A stretch of DNA of 64,000 nt from an uncultured Candidatus Binatia bacterium (GCA_965213675.1 OZ243916.1:2208001-2272000), one strand, 5' to 3'; positions 1 through 12,256 are shown, numbered from the stretch's first letter. The notes: generated from the sequence alone by a model not told the origin. Translations and numbers: made by a program.

Positions 1-635
1 TTCTTGCTCCGGCCTTCCCCTTGGCCCACGAGGCGGCCGCCCACGCGGATCTCCGTCTCGAAGCACTTGTCATGGCTCGGGCCGGACTCGCGCACCAGCC
101 GGTAGGTGGGGGGAACCCGATAGAGCCGCTGGCTGACTTCCTGGAGTCGGGTCTTGTAGTCGTCGAGTCCGAGATCCGTATAATCCAGGTCCATGGCGAA
201 ATGCCGTTCCACCACCGGCTTCACCGCCTCGTAGCCAGCCTCCCGGTAGATGCCGCCCAGCAACGCCTCCAGCGAGGCGGACAGGATCGATTCCTTGCGC
301 CGGCCGCCGGTGCGCTCTTCGCCCTTCCCCATCCGCAGCACGGCGCCAACGTCGATCACCCGCGCCTTCTCCGCCAGCACCTTCCGGTTCACCAGCGACG
401 CGCGCATGCGCGAGAGATCGCCCTCGCTCCTTTCCGGGAAGCGGCGCATGAGCATGTCGCTGATGACCAGCCCCAGGACGGCGTCCCCCAGAAACTCCAG
501 GGTCTCGTTGTGCGCCTCCATGCCGCCGCCACAGGAAACGTGGGTCAGGCAACGGTTCAGCAGCAGCGGGTCCTGGAAGTGGTAGCCAAGGGCGTCCTGG
601 AAACGGTCCAAAGCGTTGCCGTCGTTGGTCAGCAT
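1..635 (-). CDS. rnc: Ribonuclease III, 3' end beyond window edge
   Basis: Manual translation from ATG 635: MLTNDGNALDRFQDALGYHFQDPLLL...HNETLEFLGDAVLG (RNase III signature); GEGRSKK-type dsRBD motif at the window edge. Confidence 0.93.
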   Translation of the reverse strand, partial: MLTNDGNALDRFQDALGYHFQDPLLLNRCLTHVSCGGGMEAHNETLEFLGDAVLGLVISDMLMRRFPERSEGDLSRMRASLVNRKVLAEKARVIDVGAVLRMGKGEERTGGRRKESILSASLEALLGGIYREAGYEAVKPVVERHFAMDLDYTDLGLDDYKTRLQEVSQRLYRVPPTYRLVRESGPSHDKCFETEIRVGGRLVGQGEGRSK

Positions 636-1933
636 CGCGCTTCCCCCTGGAGCCTCCCACGGGACCACTGCCGAAGCGTGACCGGGACCTCGCGGTGCAC
701 CAGCTCGGGACCGCCGGCGAACCATACCGGCAGGTAGTTGCGGCTGTATCCCTTGAGCCAGCCGGGCTCCCCCGCCACCGGCTGTTCCGCCAGCACCGAC
801 ACACGCTGCCCTACCTGGCCGCGGCAGAACTCCTGCTTCTTGCGCGCGCCCAGCTCGCGCGCCCGGCGCGAGCGTTCCTTCTTCTCCGCGGGCGGCACCT
901 GGTCGGTCATCCCGGCCGCGGCGGTGCCCCGGCGGGAAGACCAGGGGAACACGTGGAAATAGGTCAGTGGCAGGCCGCCGAGGTAATCCAGCGACGCGGC
1001 GAAAGTTTCTTCGCTCTCACCGGGAAAGCCCACGATAACGTCCGTCCCAAGGGCGGCCAGGGGAAGCTTGCCGCGCGCCCGCGCCATCAACCGGGCGAAG
1101 AAGGCCGTGTCGTAATTGCGCCGCATGCGCTTGAGGATGCCATCCTCGCCTGCCTGCACGCACACGTGCAGGTGCGGGCAGACCACTTCCGAATCGGCCA
1201 TCACCGACAGGAGATCGTCCGTGACCTCCCGCGGGTCCAGGGAACTCAGGCGCAGCCTCGGGATCAAGCCGCTGCCGGCGATGCGCCGCACCAGTTCGCT
1301 CAGCGCAACCCGCGGGGTCAGGTCGTGGCCGTAGCCGCCGAGGTGGATGCCCGTGAGCACGATCTCCGCGAAACCGGCTTCCGCGAGGCCGCGCACCTGT
1401 TCCAACACGCGCTCCGGCGGAACGCTGCGGCTGCGGCCGCGGGCGGTGGGGATGATGCAATAGCTGCACGCAAAGTTGCATCCTTCCTGCACTTTGAGAA
1501 ACGCCCGCGTGCGGCCCAGGAAACGCCGCGCGCCCAGGACCCCGACGGCGCGTTCGTCCCGGGAATTTCCGACGGAAACGGCGGGGGCGGCCTCCGACCC
1601 ACCGCCGGCGACGCAACGCACCAGCTCGTCCATGCGGTTGAGGCCCACGACATGGTCCACGCCCGGAACCCGGGACACCTCGTCCGGGCTCACCTGCGCG
1701 TAGCAACCCGTGACCACCACCCGCGCCGCCGGGTTGGAGCGCCTCGCCTTGCGCACAAGCTGGCGCGCCTCCCAGTCGGCCCGGTCCGTGACCGTGCAGG
1801 TGTTCACCACATACACGTCCGCCGGCTCGTCGAACCGCACGAACGCGCACGACTCCCGCGCCAGACGCTCCTGCATCACCGCGGTGTCGTACTGGTTGAT
1901 CTTGCAACCCAGTGTCTTGATGGCTACGCGCAT
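629..1933 (-). CDS. mtaB: tRNA t6A37 methylthiotransferase MtaB (radical SAM)
   Basis: TLGCKINQYD, NTCTVT, VTGCYAQ and CNFACSYC motifs; start at MRVAIKTLG. Confidence 0.88.
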   Translation of the reverse strand: MRVAIKTLGCKINQYDTAVMQERLARESCAFVRFDEPADVYVVNTCTVTDRADWEARQLVRKARRSNPAARVVVTGCYAQVSPDEVSRVPGVDHVVGLNRMDELVRCVAGGGSEAAPAVSVGNSRDERAVGVLGARRFLGRTRAFLKVQEGCNFACSYCIIPTARGRSRSVPPERVLEQVRGLAEAGFAEIVLTGIHLGGYGHDLTPRVALSELVRRIAGSGLIPRLRLSSLDPREVTDDLLSVMADSEVVCPHLHVCVQAGEDGILKRMRRNYDTAFFARLMARARGKLPLAALGTDVIVGFPGESEETFAASLDYLGGLPLTYFHVFPWSSRRGTAAAGMTDQVPPAEKKERSRRARELGARKKQEFCRGQVGQRVSVLAEQPVAGEPGWLKGYSRNYLPVWFAGGPELVHREVPVTLRQWSRGRLQGEARC

Positions 1934-3048
1934 CGGTCCCCCACGGGAGCCCCGCGATCCGCTCCCGGCGCCACGACCCCGGAGCATCTTTCCGCCCTGT
2001 CGATCCAGCCGCCGCCCAGTACCCGCTCGCCGCGGTAGAACACCGCGGCCTGGCCGGGGCTGACGGAAGGAAGCGGGTCAGTGGGCCGTACCTCCACCTT
2101 GTGATCGCCCAACGCCCGCAGCGTACAAGGCGCCGGCCGCGAACGGTAGCGTATCTGCACTTCCGCGGCCGCCTCTCCTTCCGGGGGCGGCGTGATCCAA
2201 TTGACGCCGCTCGCGGTAAAGGCCTCCGTGCGCGACTCTTCGCCCGGGCCCACCACCACCCTCCGCGTGTCCGCGTCGATGCGCAACACGTACAATGGCC
2301 GCGGGGCCGCGATGCCGAGACCCCTTCTCTGCCCCACGGTGAAGCGATGGATGCCGTCGTGACGGCCGAGCACGCGGCCGCGGCTGTCCACGATCTCACC
2401 CGCGCCAAGCTGCCCGGGCTCGGCCAGGGACGCCACCACCGCCCGGTGGTCGCCGAGGCAGATGTCCTGGCTCTCGGGCCGCTCGGCCACCGGCAAGCCC
2501 AGTTCACGCGCCTTGGCGCGCACGGCGTCCTTGTGAAGCCCGCCCAACGGAAACGCGATGCGCTCGAGCTGGCGCGGCGACAGCGCGAAGAGAAAGTACG
2601 ACTGGTCCTTGTTCCGATCCGCGCCGCGCAGCAACCCCGCCCGGTCGCGGCCGTGGGCGACGCGAGCGTAGTGGCCCGTGGCCACGCGCTGGATGCCGCG
2701 GGGCTCCGCCCACGCCAGCAGCCTGTCGATCTTGAACTCGCGATTGCACGCGACGCAGGGATTGGGCGTGGCGCCCTCCAGGTAGCTGCGGGCGAAGGGC
2801 TTCACCACCGCCTCGCGAAAGTCCCCGCGCTGGTCCAGCACCGTATGGGGAATCTCCAGCAGCGCGGCCACCTCTTCCGCGCCCCGATGATCCGAGCAGT
2901 TGCGCGGCCCCAGGTCCGGGCCCTCCCACAGGCGCAACGACACCCCCACCACGTCGTATCCCTGCTCCAGCAGGAGCGCGGCCGCCACCGAGCTGTCCAC
3001 CCCTCCGCTCATGGCCACCGCCACCCTCTTGTCCGCCGCTGCCGTCAC
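1924..3048 (-). CDS. mnmA: tRNA 2-thiouridylase MnmA
   Basis: AMSGGVDSS, TPNPCVACN, ATGHYA, KDQSYFL, ESQDIC. GTG start at 3048 inferred because the longer ORF runs through a REP repeat. Confidence 0.93.
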   Translation of the reverse strand: MTAAADKRVAVAMSGGVDSSVAAALLLEQGYDVVGVSLRLWEGPDLGPRNCSDHRGAEEVAALLEIPHTVLDQRGDFREAVVKPFARSYLEGATPNPCVACNREFKIDRLLAWAEPRGIQRVATGHYARVAHGRDRAGLLRGADRNKDQSYFLFALSPRQLERIAFPLGGLHKDAVRAKARELGLPVAERPESQDICLGDHRAVVASLAEPGQLGAGEIVDSRGRVLGRHDGIHRFTVGQRRGLGIAAPRPLYVLRIDADTRRVVVGPGEESRTEAFTASGVNWITPPPEGEAAAEVQIRYRSRPAPCTLRALGDHKVEVRPTDPLPSVSPGQAAVFYRGERVLGGGWIDRAERCSGVVAPGADRGAPVGDRCA

Positions 3049-3100
3049 CTTGCTCTCATAGGGTTGCTGAACCTGGTTGCTGAACCCCCCGTCCCCACCC

Positions 3101-3212
3101 CTGGATTCCCGCATTCGCGGGAATGACGTGTTCGTCACGTCCCCGCCTGGAGGTTCTGACACCACCAGGAAACGGGGATGACCGGGGGGGATGACGAGGG
3201 GATGACGATTCG
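3101..3212. repeat. REP-like palindrome plus three GGGGATGAC tail remnants
   Basis: CTGGATTCCCGCATTCGCGGGAATGACG at 3101-3128; GGGATGAC three times at about 3175-3212; same family as 35631-35750. Confidence 0.75.
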
Positions 3213-3216
3213 CGCT

Positions 3217-3930
3217 TCAGTTCTTGTACCGGCGCACCTCTTTGTCTTCTTCCTGCTGCCGCGCCTCGATCCCGCCCTGCCTGACATCCAGCTCGTTCAC
3301 CCGCTCCTCCAGCTTGCGGATGTAGGTGGCCAAGTGGCTCAGGGACCTGGCCATGGGGTCGGGCAGGCGGTCGTGGTCCAGGGCGATCTGGTGCTCCACC
3401 GGATCCCGATGCACGCCGTCGCCCTCCACCACCTTGCCGGGAATGCCCACCACCGTGGAGTTGGGCGGCACGTCCTTCACCACCACCGAGCCCGAACCGA
3501 TCTTGCTGTTGCGGCCCACCACCACCGGACCCAGCACGGTGGCGCCGGCGCCGACGATGACGCAGTCCTGCACCGTGGGGTGTCGCTTCTCCTTGCGCAG
3601 ACTGATGCCGCCCAGGGTCACGCCCTGGTACAGCGTCACGTCGTCGCCGATTTCCGTGGTCTCGCCGACGACCACTCCCATGCCGTGGTCGATGAAGAAT
3701 CTTCTTCCGACGGTCGCGCCGGGATGTATCTCGATGCCGGTGAGAAAGCGCCCCAGATGGCTCACGAAACGCGCCAGATTCTTCCAGCCGACGTGCCACA
3801 GGCGGTGGGCTACGCGGTGGAACAGAAGCGCGTGCACGCCCGGATAGCTGAGGAGGACCTCGCCAAGGTTCCGCGCGGCGGGGTCGCGCTCGAAGGCGAC
3901 CCGCACGTCCTCTTTCAGAAGACTCCACAT
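3217..3930 (-). CDS. cysE: Serine O-acetyltransferase
   Basis: [33 protein letters not shown] and hexapeptide repeats. Confidence 0.95.
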   Translation of the reverse strand: MWSLLKEDVRVAFERDPAARNLGEVLLSYPGVHALLFHRVAHRLWHVGWKNLARFVSHLGRFLTGIEIHPGATVGRRFFIDHGMGVVVGETTEIGDDVTLYQGVTLGGISLRKEKRHPTVQDCVIVGAGATVLGPVVVGRNSKIGSGSVVVKDVPPNSTVVGIPGKVVEGDGVHRDPVEHQIALDHDRLPDPMARSLSHLATYIRKLEERVNELDVRQGGIEARQQEEDKEVRRYKN

Positions 3931-4030
3931 CGGCGGCTCCCGTGCAGGATCCGGCTGCCGGTCCGGCCCTGCTGCATCCGTTGGCATGCGCGGTCGGGCA
4001 CGCCGGCGTGACGGACGCGGACGTTTCCCC

Positions 4031-5662
4031 TCAGGACGCGGGCGGCGCCGCCGAACGGGCCTTCCCGGCGCCGCCCTTGCGCGCGCGGCCCTTCTTCTTC
4101 CGGTCCTTGTAGAGTTTGTAGTCGATGCTGTCGACCAGCGCCTGCCAGCTCGCCTCGATGACGTTGTGGGACACGCCCACCGTGCCCCATTGACCGTGGC
4201 CGTCGCCCGACTCGATGAGCACCCGCACCGCGGCGCGGGTACCCTCCCCCGACGACAGCACCCGGACCTTGTAGTCCAGCAACTCCACTTCTTCCAGGGA
4301 CGGATAGAACCCCGTGAGAGCCTTCCGCATGGCCTGGTCCAGCGCGTGCACCGGCCCGCTGCCCAGAGCGGCGGCGTGCTCCATCACGCCGTTGACCTCC
4401 ACCTTGACCGTGGCCTCCGACAGGGGCGCCTCTGTCTCCACCCGCTTTTCGTCGATAACGCGGAACCCGTCGAGGCGGAAGTTGCGCTTCTTCTTGCCCA
4501 ACGCCTCCTGGATCAGGAGCTCGAAGGAAGCCTCCGCGGCCTCAAACTCGTAACCCTGGCTCTCCAGTTCCTTGATGCGATTGAGGATCTGGTGCACCGC
4601 TTGATCCTGACCGTTGAGGTCGATGTCGTATTCCCGCGCCTTGTAGACGATATTGCTCCGTCCCGACAGGTCCGACACCAGCACGCGCTGGCGGCTCCCC
4701 ACCCGCTCCGGCTCGATGTGCTCATAGGTCTCGCGGTTCTTGATGATCCCCGAGACGTGAAGTCCGCCCTTGTGGGCGAACGCACTGTCGCCCACGTAGG
4801 GTTGGCGCTTGTTGGGCACCACGTTGGCCAGTTCGTACAGCAGGTGCGAGATCTCCCGCAGCCGGCGCAACTGCGACGGCCGGACGATCTTGTGGCCCTG
4901 CTTCAACTGGAGGTTGGGCAGCACCGAGCACAGGTTCAGGTTGCCGCAGCGCTCGCCGAAACCGTTGATGGTGCCCTGGATCTGGCGCACGCCCTTCTCC
5001 ACCGCCGTCATGGTGTTGGCCACCGCCAACTCGCCGTCGTTGTGGCAATGAACCCCCAGCGGCGTTTTCACCTCATCCTTGACCCGCGTCACCGCCGCGC
5101 CGATGTCGGCCGGCAGGCCGCCGCCGTTGGTATCGCACAGGACGATCCAGTCAGCGCCGCCATCCTCCGCCGCCTTGAGACACTCCAGCGCGAACTTGGG
5201 ATTGTGGCGGTAGCCGTCGAAGAAATGCTCCGCATCGAACATCACTTCGTCGACGCGCTTTTTCATGTAGGCGATGGAATCGGCGATCACTTCCAGGTTG
5301 GCCGTCTGGCTGATGCGCAGGTCGTCGCGCACGTGCAGGTCCCAGGTCTTTCCCACCAGGGTCACCACCGGGGTCTGGGCCGCCAGCAGGAGTTTCAGGC
5401 TGGCGTCCTGGGAAGGCTTCACCGACGGCCGCCGCGTGGTGCCGAAGGACGCCACACGGGTCTTGCGGAGGTTGAGCTTGCCGACCTCCTTGAAGAACTC
5501 GGCGTCGCGGGGGTTGGAGCCGGGATAACCGCCCTCGATGTAATGGATGCCCAGCTCCACCAAGCTTTCGGCGATGCGCAGCTTGTCCTTCAGGCTGAAG
5601 GAGACGTCCTCGCTCTGGCACCCATCCCGCAGGGTGGTATCGTACAGCAACAATTGACTCAT
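4031..5662 (-). CDS. cimA: Citramalate synthase (IPMS family)
   Basis: [36 protein letters not shown] and a C-terminal regulatory domain. Confidence 0.9.
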   Translation of the reverse strand: MSQLLLYDTTLRDGCQSEDVSFSLKDKLRIAESLVELGIHYIEGGYPGSNPRDAEFFKEVGKLNLRKTRVASFGTTRRPSVKPSQDASLKLLLAAQTPVVTLVGKTWDLHVRDDLRISQTANLEVIADSIAYMKKRVDEVMFDAEHFFDGYRHNPKFALECLKAAEDGGADWIVLCDTNGGGLPADIGAAVTRVKDEVKTPLGVHCHNDGELAVANTMTAVEKGVRQIQGTINGFGERCGNLNLCSVLPNLQLKQGHKIVRPSQLRRLREISHLLYELANVVPNKRQPYVGDSAFAHKGGLHVSGIIKNRETYEHIEPERVGSRQRVLVSDLSGRSNIVYKAREYDIDLNGQDQAVHQILNRIKELESQGYEFEAAEASFELLIQEALGKKKRNFRLDGFRVIDEKRVETEAPLSEATVKVEVNGVMEHAAALGSGPVHALDQAMRKALTGFYPSLEEVELLDYKVRVLSSGEGTRAAVRVLIESGDGHGQWGTVGVSHNVIEASWQALVDSIDYKLYKDRKKKGRARKGGAGKARSAAPPAS

Positions 5663-6897
5663 GCCCTCACCTTGCTCATGCCCTCGCTGTCTTCGATCAG
5701 CGAAGCGTGCAGCGCATCCACGGCCCTGTGACTGTCCGCCTCGTTCACCACCACCGACACCTTGATCTCAGAGGTCGAAATCATCTCGATGTTGATGGAC
5801 TGGTCGGCCAGCGCCTTGAACATTTTCGCCGCCACGCCCGCGTTGGTTCGCACACCCACGCCCACCACCGACACCTTGGCCACGCGGGTGTCGGCGGCCA
5901 CTCCCTTAGCTTGGATCAAGGAGGCGGTTTTTTCAATCAATTCCATGGCCTTGGGATGGTCCTTCCTGGGCACGGTGAAGGTGACGTCCGTCGTGCCGTC
6001 CTCGCTGGCGTTCTGGATGATCATGTCCACGACGATGTTGGCGTCCGCGATGGGACCGAAGATCTGGGCCGCGAGGCCGGCACGGTCCGGCACGCCGCGG
6101 ATGGTGATCTTGGCTTCGTCGTTGTCACAGGTCACTGCCGAAACCAGAACCGAATCCATCTGTTCTTCCTCCTCGACCAGCCAGGTGCCGTCCACATCGC
6201 TGAAACTCGAGCGCAGGTGGACCGGGACGCCGAAGTTCTTCGCCGTCTCCACCGAACGGATCTGCAGCACGCGGGCGCCCATGCTGGCCATCTCCAGCAT
6301 CTCGTCGCAGGTGATGCGCTCCAGCTTCCGCGCGCGCGGGCACACAAAGGGATCGGCGGTATAGATCCCGTCCACGTCCGTGTAGATCTCGCACACCGCC
6401 GCGTTCAGGGCCGCGGCCATGGCCACGGCGCTCGTGTCCGAGCCGCCGCGCCCCAGGGTGGTGATGTTGTCGTCCTCGTCCACCCCCTGAAAACCCGCCA
6501 CCACCACCACTTCGTTGTGCTTGAGCGACTCCAGCACACGGGTGGCGTCGATGCTCTTGATGCGCGCGCGGCCGTACACGCTGTCGGTGGCGATGCGCAC
6601 CTGGTGCCCGAGAAACGAGCGCGCCGGCTGCCCCAGCTCCTTGAGCGCCAGCGCCAGCAGCGCGCACGACACCTGCTCGCCCGACGCCAGGAGCACGTCG
6701 ATCTCCCGGTCGTCCACGTGCGCCGAGACCTGGTTGGCCAGGTTCAGCAGGCGGTTGGTCTCGCCGGACATGGCCGACACCACCACCACCACGTCGTTCC
6801 CGGCTTCGCGGGTGGCCGCCACGCGCCTGGCGACGTTGCGGATGCGTTCCACCATGCCGACGGAGGTGCCGCCGTATTTCTGCACGATCAGTGCCAT
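5659..6897 (-). CDS. lysC: Aspartate kinase
   Basis: [32 protein letters not shown], two ACT domains (STSEIKVS). Confidence 0.95.
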   Translation of the reverse strand: MALIVQKYGGTSVGMVERIRNVARRVAATREAGNDVVVVVSAMSGETNRLLNLANQVSAHVDDREIDVLLASGEQVSCALLALALKELGQPARSFLGHQVRIATDSVYGRARIKSIDATRVLESLKHNEVVVVAGFQGVDEDDNITTLGRGGSDTSAVAMAAALNAAVCEIYTDVDGIYTADPFVCPRARKLERITCDEMLEMASMGARVLQIRSVETAKNFGVPVHLRSSFSDVDGTWLVEEEEQMDSVLVSAVTCDNDEAKITIRGVPDRAGLAAQIFGPIADANIVVDMIIQNASEDGTTDVTFTVPRKDHPKAMELIEKTASLIQAKGVAADTRVAKVSVVGVGVRTNAGVAAKMFKALADQSINIEMISTSEIKVSVVVNEADSHRAVDALHASLIEDSEGMSKVRA

Positions 6898-6970
6898 CGT
6901 TCCCGTATCTGTTGGCGCATGTTCATCCCGGGAGGACGCGCTTCCGCCTCTCCATCTGGGGGCGGCGCGC

Positions 6971-7015
6971 CCTGCGGCTTCGCTCAGCCGAGCGCCCGCG
7001 AAGCGAAGTCGCAGG
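6971..7015. repeat. Intergenic inverted repeat (hairpin) between tsaE and lysC
   Basis: CCTGCGGCTTCGCT (6971-6984) pairs with AGCGAAGTCGCAGG (7002-7015), one mismatch. Confidence 0.55.
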
Positions 7016-7023
7016 AGCCCTCT

Positions 7024-7503
7024 TCAACCGGCCCGCCGCAACGCGGCTATCAGGTCCTCGTAGCGCCGGCCGCGCGCGGCGAAGCGCAGTTCCCGGCGAT
7101 CCTCGTCCACGTAGCGGAAGGCGACGGCGAGGAACTCGTCCACGCCCACCGCGTCCAGGCGCTCGAACCATTCGATGACGCAGACGCTGCCGGAGGCGAA
7201 GTATTCCTCCAGATGCAAGTCCTCCATTTCCGCGCCCTGGGCCACGCGGAACAGGTCCATGTGGACCAGCGGCACACGGCCCTGGTATTCGTTGATGAGC
7301 GTGAAGGTGGGGCTTCGCACCCAACTGTTCCCTCCCACCTCAAGCCCTTCGGCGAGTCCGTGAACGAAGCATGTCTTGCCGCTGCCGAGGTCGCCCGTGA
7401 GGCCCAGGATCTCGCCCCCGGCCATCCAGCCGCCGAGCGTCCGTCCCAGCGCCCGGGTGGCCTCTTGCGAGCCCGTCGTGATCTGAAAGCCGCTGTCGTT
7501 CAT
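7024..7503 (-). CDS. tsaE: tRNA t6A biosynthesis ATPase TsaE
   Basis: GDLGSGKT, SPTFTL, HMDLFR, IEW; ATG 7503 overlaps the nnr stop. Confidence 0.93.
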   Translation of the reverse strand: MNDSGFQITTGSQEATRALGRTLGGWMAGGEILGLTGDLGSGKTCFVHGLAEGLEVGGNSWVRSPTFTLINEYQGRVPLVHMDLFRVAQGAEMEDLHLEEYFASGSVCVIEWFERLDAVGVDEFLAVAFRYVDEDRRELRFAARGRRYEDLIAALRRAG

Positions 7504-9068
7504 CCCTGCACCAGATCCCGGATCTGCATCAGTTCCTTGATGGTGGGCGGCAGCTCTTCGACGAGGTCCGACGCGATCAGCCCCACGTCGCCGCGTTGGT
7601 CCGCCACGCGGTCGCCGGCGCGGCCATGGAGATATACGCCCAGGCGCATGGCGTCCTCCGGGCTCAAGCCCTGCGCCAGGAGCCCGGCGATGATGCCCGC
7701 CAGGACGTCGCCCATGCCCCCCGTGGCCATGCCGGCATTGCCCGTGGGGTTGATGGAGACCCGGCCCTCGGGCGTGGCCACGACCGTGCGCGCGCCCTTG
7801 AGCACCAGGTAGCAGCGGTGCTCCGCGGCGAACGCCCGGGCGATGCCGATACGGTCGGCGTTGACCGCCGCGGCGTCCATGCCGGCGAGCCGGCCCATCT
7901 CGCCGGGGTGCGGCGTCAGCACCGGCGGGACGCGCGCGCCGCGCAGCCGGCTTGTGTCCGCGGCCAGATTGTTGAGCCCGTCGGCGTCGATGAGCCACGG
8001 CAGGTGGCAGTGCTCCAACAGCGTCTCCAGCGTACGGCGCGCGCCTTCGGAGACGCCGACGCCAGGCCCGAAGAGGACGGCATTCCTGCGCTCCGCCAGA
8101 CCTGCCCAATCGGCCGCCGCAAGCGCCGGCCACTGCTCGGCGCCGGGCTCTCCCAAGGCCTCGGTCATGGGTTCCACCAGCGCACCGGCGAGGATGTCCG
8201 CCAAACCGCGCGGCGTGGCCAGGGTCACCAGCCCGGTACCCATGCGCATGGCGCCGCGGCCACAGAGCACCGCCGCGCCGGTCTTGCCGCGGGAGCCGGC
8301 CATCACCAGCAGGTGACCATGGCTGCCCTTGTGGGAGTCTTCCGGCCGGCGCGGCAGGAGCCACACCAATTCAGTGGAATCCAGCAGTTCCGCGGACGGG
8401 GCCACGTCGGCCACGGCCTGGTCCCAAAGGCCGATGTCCGCCACCACCAAGTCGCCGCAATAGGTGACCCCGGGGTAGACCACCTGGCCGGTCTTGGGGT
8501 AGCCGAAAGTCACCGTCACGTCGGCCTGGATGGTCGCGCCCAAGGCGCCGCCCTTGTCGGCATCCAGCCCGGACGGGCTGTCCACCGCGATGATGGGCAG
8601 GCCCGAGACGTTCATGAGCTCCACCACCTCGGCCAGGAACCCCTCCACCGGCGCGCGCAGACCCGTGCCCAGAAGAGCATCCACCAAGAGTCCCTTGTCC
8701 GCGAAACGGTCGCGAAGCGGGTCGAGGTCGCCGCGAGGCATTTCCGTGAACCGTCCCCCCGCGGTGCGGTAGCGCTGGAGATTCGTGGCCGCGTCCGGGG
8801 ACAACTCGGCGGCCCGCGCCACGCACACCACCTCGCACGGGAACTCCCGCTGGTGCAGCAAGCGAGCTACGACCAGCCCGTCGCCACCGTTGTTGCCCTT
8901 GCCCGCCACCACCAGCACGCCGCGCTTGGCCAGTTGGGTCCAGCGCTGGAGGATCACGTCCACCACGCCCTGTCCGGCGCGTTCCATGAGCCGCAGGCTG
9001 GGGACGCCGTGGGCCTGAATGGTGAGTTGGTCCATGCGGCGCATCTCCGCCGCGGTCACCACGTGCAT
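7500..9068 (-). CDS. nnr: Bifunctional NAD(P)H-hydrate epimerase/dehydratase
   Basis: GKGNNGGDG, DALLGTG, DSPSG, HKGSHG, DADGLN, TPHPGE, GGMGDVLAG. Confidence 0.93.
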   Translation of the reverse strand: MHVVTAAEMRRMDQLTIQAHGVPSLRLMERAGQGVVDVILQRWTQLAKRGVLVVAGKGNNGGDGLVVARLLHQREFPCEVVCVARAAELSPDAATNLQRYRTAGGRFTEMPRGDLDPLRDRFADKGLLVDALLGTGLRAPVEGFLAEVVELMNVSGLPIIAVDSPSGLDADKGGALGATIQADVTVTFGYPKTGQVVYPGVTYCGDLVVADIGLWDQAVADVAPSAELLDSTELVWLLPRRPEDSHKGSHGHLLVMAGSRGKTGAAVLCGRGAMRMGTGLVTLATPRGLADILAGALVEPMTEALGEPGAEQWPALAAADWAGLAERRNAVLFGPGVGVSEGARRTLETLLEHCHLPWLIDADGLNNLAADTSRLRGARVPPVLTPHPGEMGRLAGMDAAAVNADRIGIARAFAAEHRCYLVLKGARTVVATPEGRVSINPTGNAGMATGGMGDVLAGIIAGLLAQGLSPEDAMRLGVYLHGRAGDRVADQRGDVGLIASDLVEELPPTIKELMQIRDLVQG

Positions 9069-9071
9069 GAG

Positions 9072-9803
9072 TCAGTCACCCGCCGTTTCCGCCCGCGCAA
9101 TGAGGGCTTTCATTTCCCGCACCGCCTCGACCATCCCCACCATGATGGCCCGCGCGACAATGCTGTGTCCGATGTTGAGCTCCGTGATCTCCGCGATGGC
9201 GGCGATGGGAGCTACGTTGTGCGTGTTGAGGCCGTGGCCGCCGTGGACCTCCAGGCCGAGGCGGGCCGCCAGCGCGGCGGCTCGGCGCACGGCCTCAAGC
9301 TCGCGCTCCGCCCGGTCCGCGGCAGCGTCGCAGTACGTCCCCGTGTGCAGTTCCACGGCATCCGCGCCCAACTCCCGACTGGCTTCGATCTGCCGTGGAT
9401 CGGGGTCCACGAAGAGGCTCACCCGAATGCCGGCGCCGCGCAACCGCGCCACCACCCCTCGCAGCGGCTGGGCGAAGGCGACCACGTCGAGGCCGCCCTC
9501 GGTGGTCAACTCCTCGCGCCGCTCCGGCACCAGGCAGGCGTCGTGTGGCCCCAGGGCCAGCGCGTGCCGCGTCATCTCCTCGGTTCCCGCCATCTCCAGA
9601 TTAAGGCGCGTGCCCAGCCGTTCCCGCAGCCGGGCCACGTCGCGCTCCTGAATATGCCGGCGGTCCTCGCGCAGGTGCACGGTGATCAGGTCGGCGCCGC
9701 CACGCTCGGCGAGGAGCGCCGCCTCCACCGGATCCGGGATGTCGATCCTCCGCGCCTGGCGCACGGTGGCCACGTGGTCCACGTTGATTCCAAGACGGAT
9801 CAT
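9072..9803 (-). CDS. pdxJ: Pyridoxine 5'-phosphate synthase
   Basis: [47 protein letters not shown]. Confidence 0.96.
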   Translation of the reverse strand: MIRLGINVDHVATVRQARRIDIPDPVEAALLAERGGADLITVHLREDRRHIQERDVARLRERLGTRLNLEMAGTEEMTRHALALGPHDACLVPERREELTTEGGLDVVAFAQPLRGVVARLRGAGIRVSLFVDPDPRQIEASRELGADAVELHTGTYCDAAADRAERELEAVRRAAALAARLGLEVHGGHGLNTHNVAPIAAIAEITELNIGHSIVARAIMVGMVEAVREMKALIARAETAGD

Positions 9804-9867
9804 GCTGAAGCCTCTCGCTCTACATGGAGCCCTTCGACCTCGCGCCGCCGCGTCGCGTTCCTGGCCA

Positions 9868-11298
9868 TCAACCCGACCGATTGCTGGAATGGATCGCGTC
9901 GGCGATGCCCCGCGCCAGCCGCCTGATCTCTTCTTCCGACTCGCCCTCGATCATCACCCGGGCCAACGGCTCGGTGCCGGAATAGCGCACGAGCACGCGG
10001 CCGCGGCCGTCGAGGCGGGTCTCGCTCTCGCTGATGCGCGCCTGCACCTGGTCCAGCTCGGCAAGCGGGCGTTTCTCGCGTACCGGTACGTTGACGACCA
10101 CCTGCGGCAGCTTGCCCATGATCCGGCGCAACTCGCTCAGGGGCTTCTCCTGCTCGACCATGAGGGCCAGCACCTGGAGCGCGGTGAGGCAGCCGTCGCC
10201 GGTGGTGTTGTGGTCCAGGAACACCAGGTGGCCCGACTGCTCGCCGCCCAGGTTGTGGCCGCCGCGGCGCATCTCCTCCACCACGTAGCGGTCGCCGATG
10301 CCGGTGCGCACCACTTCGATGCCGTGCCCGCGCAACGCCACGTCGAGACCCATGTTGCTCATCACCGTCGCCACCACCGTCGCCGTGGGGAGCCGACCGG
10401 CGCGCTTCAGCGCGATGGCGCACATGGCCAGCACCTCGTCGCCGTCCACCAGTTCGCCCTGGTCGTCGATGAACAGTGCCCGGTCCGCGTCGCCGTCAAG
10501 GCACACGGCCAAGTCCGCGCCCTGGGCCAGCAATGCCTCGCGGGCGGTCTCCGGGTACACCGAACCGCACTCCCGGTTGATGTTGGCGCCGTCGGGGTCC
10601 ACCGCCACCGGAACCACCTCGGCGCCCAGTTCCGCCAGCACTTCCGGCGCCACGCGGTACGCGGCGCCGTTGGCGCAGTCCACGACGATCTTGAGGCCCT
10701 CCAGGGTCAGGCGCGCCGGAAACGTGCCCTTGAGGAAGTCCACGGTCCTGCCCAGGGCATCGGCGACGCGGAACGCCTTGCCGATGTCGGTGGCCGCGGG
10801 ACGCTGCGCGCCGGCGTCACCTTCCCACACCAGCGCCTCCATGCGCCGTTCCCACGCGTCCGGCAGCTTGAAACCCTCCCGGGAGAAAAACTTGATGCCA
10901 TTGTCCTGGTACGGGTTATGTGACGCCGAGATCACCACGCCGGCGTCGGCGCGCATGCTCCGGGTCAGGAAGGCCACGCCCGGCGTCGGCAGCGGACCCA
11001 CCAGCAGAACGTCCGCCCCCATGGAACAGATGCCGGAGGCCAGAGCGGTCTCGAACATGTAACCCGACAGGCGCGTGTCCTTGCCGATGAGGATGCGCCG
11101 CCGGCGCGTGCGCTTCCGCCCCAGGGCGCCGCGCGCTTCCGCGCCACCCCCGTGACCGCCGACCACGTGGGCCACGGCCCGGCCCAGCTTCAGCGCCGTC
11201 TCCGCGGTCATGGGCTCCTGATTGGCGACGCCGCGGATGCCGTCGGTACCGAACAGACGCCGACGGCCCGAGGCTCCTTGTGATCTGTCCGTGGTCAC
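9868..11298 (-). CDS. glmM: Phosphoglucosamine mutase
   Basis: [34 protein letters not shown]; start codon uncertain. Confidence 0.94.
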   Translation of the reverse strand: MTTDRSQGASGRRRLFGTDGIRGVANQEPMTAETALKLGRAVAHVVGGHGGGAEARGALGRKRTRRRRILIGKDTRLSGYMFETALASGICSMGADVLLVGPLPTPGVAFLTRSMRADAGVVISASHNPYQDNGIKFFSREGFKLPDAWERRMEALVWEGDAGAQRPAATDIGKAFRVADALGRTVDFLKGTFPARLTLEGLKIVVDCANGAAYRVAPEVLAELGAEVVPVAVDPDGANINRECGSVYPETAREALLAQGADLAVCLDGDADRALFIDDQGELVDGDEVLAMCAIALKRAGRLPTATVVATVMSNMGLDVALRGHGIEVVRTGIGDRYVVEEMRRGGHNLGGEQSGHLVFLDHNTTGDGCLTALQVLALMVEQEKPLSELRRIMGKLPQVVVNVPVREKRPLAELDQVQARISESETRLDGRGRVLVRYSGTEPLARVMIEGESEEEIRRLARGIADAIHSSNRSG

Positions 11299-11329
11299 CA
11301 AACCCCTTCGGAAGAACAACCGATCCGGC

Positions 11330-12256
11330 TCACTCGCGTGAAGTCTCCGGCGCGCCCGCGCGGATGGCCTCCGCCACGCGAACGGCCCGGCACGTCTCCG
11401 CGACGTCGTGGGCGCGGATGATGTGGGCGCCGGCCAGCACCGCCGCGGTCGCCCCGGCCAGGCTCCCCTCCAGGCGCGCGTCCGGCATGCCCTCGTCCAG
11501 CAGGCGCCCGAGAAACGCCTTGCGGGAAAGCCCCACCAGCACCGGCCGTCCCAGGGCCACCAAGGCGTCCAGGCGCCGCAGCAACTCCAGGTTGTGGCCC
11601 ATGTCCTTGCCGAAGCCGATGCCGGGGTCCACCACGAGGCGGTGCGGGCGCACGCCGCGCTCCCGGGCGAAGGACACGCGTTCCCGGAGGAAGGCGGCCA
11701 CCTCCCACACGACGTCGGCGTAATGTGGCGCGCGCTGCATGGTGCGGGGCCGGCCCTGCATGTGCATGAGCACCACGGGAACGTCCTCGGCCGCCGCCAG
11801 GCCCGCCATGGCGGGGTCGAACCGAAGGGCGCTGATGTCGTTGATCATGTCCGCGCCGGCATCCAGTGCCCGCCGGGCCACTTCCGCCTTGGACGTGTCG
11901 ATGCTGATGGGCACGGGGACCCGCGCGCGCAATCCGCGAATCACCGGGATCACCCGCTCCAGTTCTTCTTCCACCGGGACCGGGGCCGCGCCTGGACGCG
12001 TCGATTCTCCGCCCACGTCCACGATGCCCGCGCCCTCGCGCACCATCTGAACGCCGTGGGCCAATGCAGCGTCCACGTCCGCGTACCGGCCGCCGTCGGA
12101 AAAGGAGTCCGGGGTCCTGTTCAGGATCCCCATCACCGCCGTGCGCCGGCGCAGGTCCAGCACGCCGTGGCGTGTCGCCAGTACGGGAACCATCTCCGTG
12201 CCCATGTCGCCGGACGCCGGAGCCTCGGGGATGACATGTGCGGGCGTCAGTGCCAT
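11330..12256 (-). CDS. folP: Dihydropteroate synthase
   Basis: [44 protein letters not shown]; start uncertain. Confidence 0.94.
   Translation of the reverse strand: MALTPAHVIPEAPASGDMGTEMVPVLATRHGVLDLRRRTAVMGILNRTPDSFSDGGRYADVDAALAHGVQMVREGAGIVDVGGESTRPGAAPVPVEEELERVIPVIRGLRARVPVPISIDTSKAEVARRALDAGADMINDISALRFDPAMAGLAAAEDVPVVLMHMQGRPRTMQRAPHYADVVWEVAAFLRERVSFARERGVRPHRLVVDPGIGFGKDMGHNLELLRRLDALVALGRPVLVGLSRKAFLGRLLDEGMPDARLEGSLAGATAAVLAGAHIIRAHDVAETCRAVRVAEAIRAGAPETSRE

Noticed and set aside
3062-3212. Short repeats as a possible CRISPR array
   Set aside because: No regular repeat-spacer periodicity and no cas genes.
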